From assembly GCA_027460535.1 (NCBI GenBank), contig JAPZAR010000023.1, forward strand, positions 1-32,000: DNA of 32,000 nt, written 5' to 3'. The translations under genes and the position numbers were made by a program. This document shows positions 24,584 to 32,000 of this stretch, one piece after another. The notes under the pieces are model-generated. The model saw nothing but the letters and a program-made list of their open reading frames with translations, did no database searches and was not told where the DNA came from. Within the stretch, counting starts at the first letter, position 1. Each line of letters opens with the position of its first letter. Source of the stretch: Candidatus Methanoperedens sp. Its GTDB lineage: Archaea > Halobacteriota > Methanosarcinia > Methanosarcinales > Methanoperedenaceae.

Positions 24584-25864
24584 ATGAGGAAACCAGGAAA
24601 AAAATCCAGAGATATCATAGACAGGGACGCCAAGGTCATGTCGGCGCTGACGCGCCCCTATGAATTGGTTGTCGACCATGCTGAAGGCTCAACGATTTTT
24701 GATGTTGACGGTAACAAATACATTGATTTTGCATCAAGCGTGGCAGTAATGAATATCGGCTATAATAATAAAAAAGTCAGAGAAGCGGTATGCGGGCAGA
24801 TGGAAAAAATGGTTCACTGCGGTTTCTCCGATTTCAATGCTGAGATTCCGGTCAAGCTGTCAGAAAAGCTCTGCCGGATGACGGGATATGAGAAGGTATT
24901 TCTATCTAATTCAGGCGCTGAGTCAGTCGAGGCGGCCATGAAACTTGCATTCTGGTACACGAAAAGGAACAGCATGGTGGCGTTCTACCGGGCCTTCCAT
25001 GGAAGGACGCTCGGCGCGCTCTCGCTGACAAGTTCCAGAATCCGCCATAAGGAGCATTTCCCATCATTGCGGGTCATTCACTCAGACTATGCTTACTGCT
25101 ACCGATGTCCGCTTGACCTCGAATATCCGCAGTGCGGCATATCCTGCGCAAAGGAGATCGAGCGAACCATCTTCAAGCGAGAACTCTCGCCCGAGGACAC
25201 CGCAGCCATTGTTACGGAGCCCATACAGGGGGAGGGTGGGTTCATCGTACCGCCTGCCGAGTTCCATAAGGAGATAAGGAGGATATGCGATGAGAACAAC
25301 ATCCTGATGATAGCAGATGAAGTCCAAAGCGGCGGTTTCAGGACAGGAAAATTCATGGCACTTGAGAATTTTGGCGTGCGGGCGGATATCGTGTGCATGT
25401 CCAAATCCATCGGCGGGGGAATACCTCTTGGCGCGACGTTATCTACCAGTAAGATAATGAGCTGGCCTTCAGGAGCCCATGCCAATACCTTTGGGGGCAA
25501 TCTGCTTGCGTCTGCCGGAGGGCTTGCAACTCTTGAGTTCATGGAAAGCAACAGGCTCGGCGATAAGGCGGTTGAGAAAGGAAATTACCTGGTAAAGCGC
25601 CTGAACGAACTCAAGGAGCAATATCCGATAATTGGGGATGTCCGGGGCATCGGCCTTATGATCGGCGTGGAATTCGTTGAGGAAAATAAGGACCCAGCTG
25701 CCGAAAAGCGCAACTGGATCGTAAAGCAGGCCCTTGATGAAGGGCTGATCCTGCTCCCTGCAGGTGACTCTGTTATCAGATTCGTGCCTCCCCTCGTGAT
25801 TTCAAGCGATGAGATAGATAAAGGTCTTGAAATATTTGAGAATTCGCTCAAAACGGTGAGGTAA
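24584..25864 (+). CDS. Class-III PLP aminotransferase (4-aminobutyrate/acetylornithine aminotransferase family)
   Basis: SGAESVEAAMKLA, DEVQSGGFRTGK and the SKSIGGG PLP-lysine region. GGAGGG Shine-Dalgarno-like sequence 5 nt upstream. Lies 8 nt after the ALDH gene, so probably an operon. Confidence 0.85.
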   Translation: MRKPGKKSRDIIDRDAKVMSALTRPYELVVDHAEGSTIFDVDGNKYIDFASSVAVMNIGYNNKKVREAVCGQMEKMVHCGFSDFNAEIPVKLSEKLCRMTGYEKVFLSNSGAESVEAAMKLAFWYTKRNSMVAFYRAFHGRTLGALSLTSSRIRHKEHFPSLRVIHSDYAYCYRCPLDLEYPQCGISCAKEIERTIFKRELSPEDTAAIVTEPIQGEGGFIVPPAEFHKEIRRICDENNILMIADEVQSGGFRTGKFMALENFGVRADIVCMSKSIGGGIPLGATLSTSKIMSWPSGAHANTFGGNLLASAGGLATLEFMESNRLGDKAVEKGNYLVKRLNELKEQYPIIGDVRGIGLMIGVEFVEENKDPAAEKRNWIVKQALDEGLILLPAGDSVIRFVPPLVISSDEIDKGLEIFENSLKTVR

Positions 25865-25924
25865 AGCATTTCGAGTAAAAAATAGCAGAATCTAAATAAG
25901 CCAACGGGTCTATCCAGATTCCCT

Positions 25925-26485
25925 ATGCGCGAATTCATCCTCTACTCCAGGACAGGCAGTACAGGTCCTCGATTCAAGAGCCTCATAGAAGCCGGCAGGC
26001 TGGACGTAGTGTATCAGTGCATATTGATGTCCCTCTTTATGTCGCATTCTATCAGGAGGGATGTGATTTTCCATGCCATCCTCGGAGGCCCCCCATCACC
26101 ACCTCTTGAACTTGTTGTTGACGGGAGGGATCTGAGAGATGCAAGGCTGGATGAGAGGACGTGGGAAGACATATTGAGGAATATCCTTTCAGGCAGGTCG
26201 CATCCTGGGGTTCATGTCCAGAAGAAAAGCCTGCAGCAATTGGTAAAAGAAAAGAGCAACATCTTTGTCCTGGAAGAGTCCGGCGAAAGCATACGAACTA
26301 TTGACCTGGGAACAGACCCGGTATTTGTTCTCGGCGACCAGGTGGGGCTGCCAAGGAAAGATGAAGAATTCGTCCTTAGATACGGGAAAAAAGTCTCAAT
26401 TGGCCAGAAGGCATATCTGGCTTCCGCATGCGTCGGCATCATCAACTATATACTGGACCAGCGGGAAATTAGAGTTCCACCATAA
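25925..26485 (+). CDS. trmY: tRNA (pseudouridine54-N1)-methyltransferase TrmY (SPOUT family)
   Basis: MREFILYSRTG...GRLDVVYQCILMSLFMSHSIRRDVIFHAIL...DPVFVLGDQVGL... parallels the M. jannaschii Mj1640/TrmY family over its full length. Confidence 0.85.
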   Translation: MREFILYSRTGSTGPRFKSLIEAGRLDVVYQCILMSLFMSHSIRRDVIFHAILGGPPSPPLELVVDGRDLRDARLDERTWEDILRNILSGRSHPGVHVQKKSLQQLVKEKSNIFVLEESGESIRTIDLGTDPVFVLGDQVGLPRKDEEFVLRYGKKVSIGQKAYLASACVGIINYILDQREIRVPP

Positions 26486-26942
26486 CTCCTTTTTTACCTT
26501 TTGTCCTCATATCCCTGATAAGTTTTTGATTTTCACGAATGAACGAGGCTGCATCAGCTTCGATTTTCTTTTTATCTATTTTCTTACCATGTCCCTCACC
26601 TGGACAGTCAACTACTGGTTTAAGGCGCATTATAGGTTCATCGGAATACGAGACTTCCATGATCTTGAAGGGGAGCAGACGGCAGACAAGGGGCTCATTC
26701 TCCCGTATCATGCATTCAAGTTTTTTGCCCTGGAAAAAGCACCTGCCATCCTTTTCTTTTATCCTGAAGACCTGCTTCGCCTCATCAAAATCCAGGAAAT
26801 CGTCCGGCGAATATCCGAGCGCCTTTATCATTTTTATATCTGCCACGGTAAGCTGGATACCAGGTATGCAGCATTTTGCGCCGCATTTTTTGTATTCGCA
26901 TGTCCACTTTTCGACATTTTCAAGGATATGGATCATGACCAT
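26469..26942 (-). CDS. YkgJ-family cysteine-cluster (putative Zn/Fe-chelating) protein
   Basis: N-terminal Cys cluster CEYKKCGAKCC, then GRCFF...LECMIRENEPLVCRLLPF matching the C.F....C.IY..RP..CR.FP pattern. Its 3' end overlaps trmY by 17 nt (convergent). Confidence 0.7.
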   Translation of the reverse strand: MVMIHILENVEKWTCEYKKCGAKCCIPGIQLTVADIKMIKALGYSPDDFLDFDEAKQVFRIKEKDGRCFFQGKKLECMIRENEPLVCRLLPFKIMEVSYSDEPIMRLKPVVDCPGEGHGKKIDKKKIEADAASFIRENQKLIRDMRTKGKKGVMVEL

Positions 26943-27109
26943 TAATTGATTCTGGTCTAATTAAAGATAACCATATCTGGTGAGCATAATATAGCAATTA
27001 AATAATTATTGGGATTGCCGGCGATGTCTAAAATCAACATCAATATCATATATGATAGAAAAAGAATTATATAAGGGTTATATCATTATAGTATATACGA
27101 GGGTACAAT

Positions 27110-27478
27110 ATGTCAATCCTGGATGTAACTGAAGATCAAATATTTCAAACGTTGGGAAAAGGAAGAGATCCGAATTTTAAACCTATCGAGAAGGTAAGAC
27201 CGGTAATCGTCAAACCCAAGAAAACGTATACGCTCAATCAAACTATCAGAACCGCCCAGACCGTGAAGGCTATAACGCCGCAGGCCGTTGTGGCAGTGTC
27301 TGAACCTGTCAAAATCGTCCCATCACCGCAAGTTGATGAATCCATGGTGAAACTAACGGTGCAATTGAATGAATTAAACAATCGTGTAAATGGGATACAG
27401 AAAATGGTTAAATATTATATAATGCCGCAGTTCGTAATCGTTCTGGTTCTGTTGGTTGCGTTGTTTGTCAAAGGTTAA
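27110..27478 (+). CDS. Hypothetical tail-anchored membrane protein
   Basis: 122 aa. GAGGGT 8 nt upstream of the ATG. Coiled-coil-like LTVQLNELNNRVNGIQKM, then a C-terminal hydrophobic segment YYIMPQFVIVLVLLVALFV. No family recognised. Confidence 0.5.
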   Translation: MSILDVTEDQIFQTLGKGRDPNFKPIEKVRPVIVKPKKTYTLNQTIRTAQTVKAITPQAVVAVSEPVKIVPSPQVDESMVKLTVQLNELNNRVNGIQKMVKYYIMPQFVIVLVLLVALFVKG

Positions 27479-27577
27479 TTTTCCTTTTTTCAAAATCCAT
27501 TTAATCTCTTTAAAGATTTGCCGGAACTCGCAACTTGACCGATATTTTCTTGTATTTATCTCTCTTTAGTGGGCGGC

Positions 27578-28753
27578 ATGAAATACATCATTCTCATTGG
27601 CGATGGAATGGCTGATTATGCCATACCAGAACTTGGCGATCTCACACCCCTACAGGCTGCCAACAAGCCGAATATGGATTTTATCGCCAAGCACGGCAGG
27701 AACGGCACTGCGAGAACAGTTCCAGATGATAAGCCGCCCGGGAGCGATGTGGCTAACCTGTGTATAATGGGGTACGACCCAGAAAGATATTATTCGGGGC
27801 GGGGGCCACTTGAAGCTGCAAGCATAGGTGTAGATCTTCAAAAGGATGACATTGCGTTCCGATGCAACCTGATCACTGAAAAGAACGGATTGCTGGCGGA
27901 TTATAGTTCAGGCCATATCTCAAGTGATGAAGCGCGGGTGCTTATCAATGCTGTGGACAATGAACTTGGAGGAAATTGTAAGTTTCATCCGGGCGTGAGT
28001 TACAGGCATTTACTGGTAATGAAAAAGGGGGAGAGGGCTGTATGTACCCCGCCCCATGATGTGGTCGGACAGCCGGTAGATGATGTCCTGCCCAGGGGTG
28101 AAGATTCCGGGATCCTGATCGACCTTATCAGGGCATCGAAATCCATCCTTGAGAGCCATGAGATAAACATCAAGAGAAAAAAAAATGGGAAGAACATGGC
28201 GAACCTTATATGGCCCTGGGGGCAGGGAAAGGCGCCAGATATGCCTACATTCAGGGAGCTTTATGGATTATCGGGTTCGATTATCTCGGCTGTGGACCTG
28301 TTGAAAGGGATCGGGAAGTATGCAGGTCTGGAAGTCATAGATGTTCCCGGCGCTACAGGATACCTGGACACCAATTTCGCAGGTAAAGCTGCATATGCGC
28401 TTGAATCCCTTAAGGAGCGCGATTTTGTCCTTGTTCATGTGGAGGCGCCCGATGAGGCGGGGCATATGGGGAACATAGAAGCGAAGATCAAGGCCATCGA
28501 GGATTTCGATGAGAAAGTCGTTGGTGGGATGCTTAATGAACTTGCCGGGTTCGGAGATTACAGGATCCTTGTTTTGCCTGATCACCCCACACCCCTTTCC
28601 ATCAGGACGCATACAAGAGACCCTGTTCCTTTCGCGCTCTATTCTTCGAATGAAAGCGCTGATTACGTGGACAGGTTCGATGAGTTTGCGGCGAAAGAGG
28701 GTGTTTTCGGGCTTGTTGAGGGGCATAAGTTGATGAAGCTGCTTGTGAAGTAA
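27578..28753 (+). CDS. apgM: 2,3-bisphosphoglycerate-independent phosphoglycerate mutase, archaeal type
   Basis: [14 protein letters not shown]...[10 protein letters not shown]...PGSDVANL...[18 protein letters not shown]: alkaline-phosphatase-superfamily ApgM motifs. I prefer ATG 27578 to GTG 27569. Confidence 0.9.
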   Translation: MKYIILIGDGMADYAIPELGDLTPLQAANKPNMDFIAKHGRNGTARTVPDDKPPGSDVANLCIMGYDPERYYSGRGPLEAASIGVDLQKDDIAFRCNLITEKNGLLADYSSGHISSDEARVLINAVDNELGGNCKFHPGVSYRHLLVMKKGERAVCTPPHDVVGQPVDDVLPRGEDSGILIDLIRASKSILESHEINIKRKKNGKNMANLIWPWGQGKAPDMPTFRELYGLSGSIISAVDLLKGIGKYAGLEVIDVPGATGYLDTNFAGKAAYALESLKERDFVLVHVEAPDEAGHMGNIEAKIKAIEDFDEKVVGGMLNELAGFGDYRILVLPDHPTPLSIRTHTRDPVPFALYSSNESADYVDRFDEFAAKEGVFGLVEGHKLMKLLVK

Positions 28754-29019
28754 ATATATGGTTTACGAATAAGAAACCGCAAATGAAGGCGCCCGGAGTC
28801 ATGCCTCGGGAGGGCGTATCCTCAGGGGCGCAACCCTTGATGTATGGCTCCGCCATAGGTGTCAAATCAGAGTGGATTGTGAAAGATAAGTTGAATCAAA
28901 GTACGAAACTTATTGTGTGAAGCCCGCCGATGGGGGCGGGAGAGTTCAAGACGTCACATTTATCCAGCCAAGCAATTGGTTTATATATACATCAAACAGA
29001 TTCCAGATAGTTGATAATT

Positions 29020-29238
29020 ATGCCAGAAACTATGACACAAAATGAGATGGTCATAAGCTTTGATACATTTAATAATTTAAAAAAATTAAAAGATGAACTG
29101 GAAGCTCTGATCGAAACCATTGAAATAATGAATGATAAGACTCTTATGAATGGGATAAAGCGGTCCAGGAATGATGTAAAAGCAGGCAGAATACATGAGA
29201 TAAGAAGTTCTGACGAGCTTGATGAAATCTGGGCATGA
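29020..29238 (+). CDS. Phd/YefM- or RelB-like type II antitoxin
   Basis: C-terminal ..LEALIETIEIMNDKTLMNGIKRSRNDVKAGRIHEI.. is the familiar antitoxin tail (ETLEIL.D.elm..i......g....). I prefer ATG 29020 to TTG 29011. Its stop overlaps a downstream ATG (ATGA). Confidence 0.6.
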   Translation: MPETMTQNEMVISFDTFNNLKKLKDELEALIETIEIMNDKTLMNGIKRSRNDVKAGRIHEIRSSDELDEIWA

Positions 29239-29441
29239 AACGTTTGAGAATAGAAAGAAAGTTTACAAATGATGCGGGTATTTCGTAATCATGCTAACCC
29301 TGATTTAAATATTTTCAACTGTTGCGGTGTTGATACGAAACTGATGCAGCCTCAGTATATCGAGATTATAAATTGCATAACGGAGCAAGCATTGCAACAG
29401 CAACAGCATGCAAGAGGCGCATCCACAAAAACAAGGATTGA
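29235..29441 (+). pseudogene. Probable decayed RelE/ParE-like toxin gene
   Basis: The ATG overlapping the antitoxin stop opens only 17 codons (MKRLRIERKFTNDAGIS*). The same frame later reads ..VYRDYKLHNG...RRIHKNKD*, faintly like RelE (..GDYR.iY...I.HRKD), with several stops between; the total span is 69 codons. Confidence 0.25.
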
Positions 29442-29470
29442 GAGATTTTACTTGGCTTTATTATTCATCG

Positions 29471-29749
29471 CTATTTGAACCAGGATTTCTGTCTGCTTAT
29501 CGAATCTTTTTCTTCTTCTGGATTGGTGGGTACGATGATCTTTTTTATATCGCTCTTGAAAATATAGGCGGGGTGAAAGTCATTGAATAATGGTTCGAAC
29601 CAGACGCCATCCTCATCGCTTTCCTTGATATATCCCACATATGTCGAACCTGTTAAAGTCTGGATCTTGACGAGGTTATTTTCAGGTTTTTTCTTAAAAT
29701 ACTCTAAAAGCTTTGGGTTTTTGACTATTTCATCGATTATTTTTGACAT
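29471..29749 (-). CDS. Hypothetical small protein
   Basis: 92-aa ORF with an ATG start, MSKIIDEIVKNPKLLEYFKK...VKIQTLTGSTYVGYIKESDEDGVWFEP... This is a beta-rich core of possibly Sm-like/SH3-like type; no confident family. Confidence 0.45.
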   Translation of the reverse strand: MSKIIDEIVKNPKLLEYFKKKPENNLVKIQTLTGSTYVGYIKESDEDGVWFEPLFNDFHPAYIFKSDIKKIIVPTNPEEEKDSISRQKSWFK

Positions 29750-29856
29750 TAATTCCCGCCTTTTTATTAAATGAACGAGGTCCGGAACTATAATGCTATT
29801 AATTGCTGTTCCAAAAATAAAATTTTCTATGAATAGAGGTTAAGAAATTGAAAAGT

Positions 29857-29908
29857 GGATGCAACACGCATTAAGCCATTACCGAACGATGCTTTACGCA
29901 TTGCATCC
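29857..29908 (-). terminator. 8-bp perfect inverted repeat (GGATGCAA...TTGCATCC) just downstream of the beta-propeller gene; possible 3'-end hairpin
   Basis: The stem arms are 29857-29864 and 29901-29908. On the minus strand the hairpin begins 9 nt after the stop and is followed by ACTTTTCAATTTC (T-rich). Confidence 0.3.
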
Positions 29909-29916
29909 TAATAAGG

Positions 29917-32000
29917 TCAATTCCACATGTAATTATAGTATTTATTGATCTCAAATGGCAGGTCAATGCCTTTTATCTTGCTCATGTCACTTAGGTTGTT
30001 CATAAGGATCATTCGTGCAGAGATGGTGTAAAGCACATCATCCATGTATAACGATCTCCTTACTGCGCTGGGTGAGTTCCAGTAATAGTTCTGGTCCTCG
30101 TAGTCATCCAGATGCGAGATTTTGCCTTTCAGCTTGAACCCGTCCTCAGGGGTAATCCCGAAAACATAGGCGCCCTGCCATACTTTCTGCCTGTTGTAGT
30201 AGTCGCCATACTTTCCATATACGCGATCCTCAGAAACTTCCCTTATCGGGATCACGAGCAGGTTCTTCTTCCTGTCAAAGAGGAATGCCCTGTGGTCTCT
30301 CAGCGCCTCAGAATCAGTGCCAGCAGTGCCGATCTCGTATTTGTCAAGCTGCTTTGGATTATTGACATCTGAAACATCAAACAGGGAAAGCTTAACACCC
30401 TTTATGGATACTCCGCCCCATTCGTTATCTCCTGTTTCCTTGCCCACCCCAATGATATGGTTTTCATCGTACGGGTGCAAATAGTCGGAAAAACCTGGTA
30501 TCATGAGTTTCCCGAGTATATCAGGTTTTTCAGGGTTCGCAAGGTCTATTACGAACAATGGATCCATCCGCTTAAAGGTTACCATATAAAGTCTGTTTCC
30601 TATGAATCGGGTCGAGTATATCCTCTCATCCGGCGCTATCTCTTCCAGTTTCCCGGTTATGTTGAGTTCTCCATCCATCACGTAAACATTGTTGTATTGC
30701 ACAGATCCATGTCCTGTCCAGAACTGCGTTGTTGTGGCAACCCTGAAATAATCCCCGGATTCGTCCATGGAGAACTGGTTTAGCAGGCTGCCTGGCACTT
30801 CCCCTTTTGCCCTGTATTCAATATCCCCCTTATCGATACTTATCTTCTGGATGACTGTCTTCTCCCTTTCCTGCGCCTGTTTTACTTCATATTCCTCAAC
30901 CGCCTTTTCAATATTGCTGAAATATTCATTTTTCTCTATTTCAGACATGCGGTTGTAATTTTCTTCCAGTATGGATGAGATGTTGTCCCACTTTTCCTGG
31001 GAATTGAGCTTGCTGTCTTTTATTCCTCTAATCTTATCCTGAACATCTTTTGGAAGCAGCGGCACGATAACATTATAGAACCTCTCCTCCTGCTCCTTCT
31101 GGTAATACATATACGGAAGGTTCTTGTTGTATGTCAAGTAAATACTGTTGCTGGAAACATACAGGTTGTCAGAATAGCCCATCATGAATGATTTTGCATT
31201 AATTCCTTTTGATCTTATGTTGATGGATGCGATCGTGTGGAATACATAATTCTGTTCGGGATTATCGAAATAATACACGTCAGGTATCATAATTCTCCCT
31301 GAACCCTGCCTGATCGCAGGGACATCAACGACGTTGGCGTAATAATAAACGCTGTCCTTTACTATGAAATATACGTAATCACCTATCATCCGTGACTGGA
31401 AGTAATTCCCATTGATGTCATAACTCTCCACCTGCTCAGGTTTTGTCCTGTCCGAGATATCATAGACCAATGCGCTCGTATTCTGGGTATATCTCTGTAT
31501 AGGTCTGTATTCATATTCGGGATAAAGCGTCACCTGATGGTCGTTCTCTGTGAAAACCACAAGCCTGTCTCCATTAATGAAAAGATCTTTGGGCCTTCCC
31601 GGTATTTCAGTCTCGGAAAGAATACTTGCTTTCTCAGCCGGATATGCATCAACGATGACCAGTTTATTTTGTGAAATAACATAGATATACTTGCCATCGT
31701 TCTTTACGAAATCAGCCTCGTCCACTCCCTCAACCTGGATGTTCGTTTTTGAATAGTCGGCTGTTCCCTGGCCGCCTGCCGATGGGACTGATATGGCTTC
31801 CTTCGAAATAGGCGTTGCTCCTCCGGTCGGCGGTGCAGCTGGTATTGCCACGCCATTAATATATCCGGTCATCAATGCAGGTGTTGGGGTCACCATAGCC
31901 ATATTCCCCCGTATATCAAGAACAGTTCCAAATGTGTTATAATTTTGACTGTTAGCGTTCGTATTGAGAAAATCCCGGATCTCCTGGACCGAGGAGAATT
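29917..32000 (-). CDS. Secreted beta-propeller domain protein (Beta_propel/COG4880 family); N-terminus beyond the right edge (partial)
   Basis: ..YSKTNIQVEGVDEADFVKNDGKYIYVISQNKLVIVDAYP.. is the hallmark of this family. The reading frame stays open upstream of the track's ATG 31902 to the window end (..FSSVQEIRDFLNTNANSQNYNTFG..), so the gene is longer than the 661 aa listed. Confidence 0.85.
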   Translation of the reverse strand, partial: FSSVQEIRDFLNTNANSQNYNTFGTVLDIRGNMAMVTPTPALMTGYINGVAIPAAPPTGGATPISKEAISVPSAGGQGTADYSKTNIQVEGVDEADFVKNDGKYIYVISQNKLVIVDAYPAEKASILSETEIPGRPKDLFINGDRLVVFTENDHQVTLYPEYEYRPIQRYTQNTSALVYDISDRTKPEQVESYDINGNYFQSRMIGDYVYFIVKDSVYYYANVVDVPAIRQGSGRIMIPDVYYFDNPEQNYVFHTIASINIRSKGINAKSFMMGYSDNLYVSSNSIYLTYNKNLPYMYYQKEQEERFYNVIVPLLPKDVQDKIRGIKDSKLNSQEKWDNISSILEENYNRMSEIEKNEYFSNIEKAVEEYEVKQAQEREKTVIQKISIDKGDIEYRAKGEVPGSLLNQFSMDESGDYFRVATTTQFWTGHGSVQYNNVYVMDGELNITGKLEEIAPDERIYSTRFIGNRLYMVTFKRMDPLFVIDLANPEKPDILGKLMIPGFSDYLHPYDENHIIGVGKETGDNEWGGVSIKGVKLSLFDVSDVNNPKQLDKYEIGTAGTDSEALRDHRAFLFDRKKNLLVIPIREVSEDRVYGKYGDYYNRQKVWQGAYVFGITPEDGFKLKGKISHLDDYEDQNYYWNSPSAVRRSLYMDDVLYTISARMILMNNLSDMSKIKGIDLPFEINKYYNYMWN

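Noticed and set aside
26469-26485. 17-nt 3'-end overlap of convergent trmY and the YkgJ-family gene as a regulatory antisense arrangement
   Set aside because: Short convergent overlaps are common in compact archaeal genomes. Nothing in the sequence suggests a special function.
26265-26945. 226-codon plus-strand ORF
   Set aside because: It lies antisense to the well-supported YkgJ-family gene and overlaps the trmY 3' end. Its product is low-complexity and Phe/Leu-rich with no motifs. It is a shadow ORF.
1-32000. Search for CRISPR arrays, rRNA genes, intact transposases or integrases
   Set aside because: I found no regularly spaced short direct repeats, no rRNA-like conserved stretches, and no ORF with transposase, integrase or Cas motifs.

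Overview
Archaeal chromosomal window. The lineage is euryarchaeal and best fits a Methanosarcinales/ANME-2d-like organism; this is an inference from the methanogen-type SerRS, TrmY, archaeal ApgM, PAC2 chaperone and class-III PhaC. Most genes are housekeeping: adenine deaminase, a GYD protein, phaC, argG-sucDC with divergent argF, tRNA-Leu(CAG), serS, an aldehyde dehydrogenase plus class-III aminotransferase pair, trmY and apgM. Several of these (sucD, argF, the ALDH, the REC gene) have no usable in-frame ATG and must start at GTG/TTG. Accessory or unusual parts: (1) At the left edge, a large secreted, sequon-rich surface protein missing from the ORF track, with nested tandem repeats including a 109-bp block identical between copies. 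(2) A four-gene WbpA/B/D/E-type cluster for a di-N-acetylated glucuronic acid nucleotide sugar. (3) Directly downstream, a radical SAM/SPASM maturase preceded by an unlisted 32-codon Cys-containing ORF and followed by an uncharacterised protein with a caspase-like His/Cys arrangement. This is my best candidate for an undescribed module, but it rests on inference. (4) A ~1.2-kb HepT/MntA toxin-antitoxin cassette with gene debris, bracketed by 33-bp direct repeats that duplicate the 3' end of the caspase-like gene (att-like). (5) A 5'-truncated hybrid histidine kinase that leaves an orphan receiver domain beside an AT-rich scar region. (6) An orphan AbrB-type protein, and a Phd-type antitoxin whose toxin looks decayed. 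(7) Several hairpin-dense non-coding spacers, one with tRNA-like acceptor/T-arm geometry. I saw no CRISPR array, rRNA, intact transposase or integrase.
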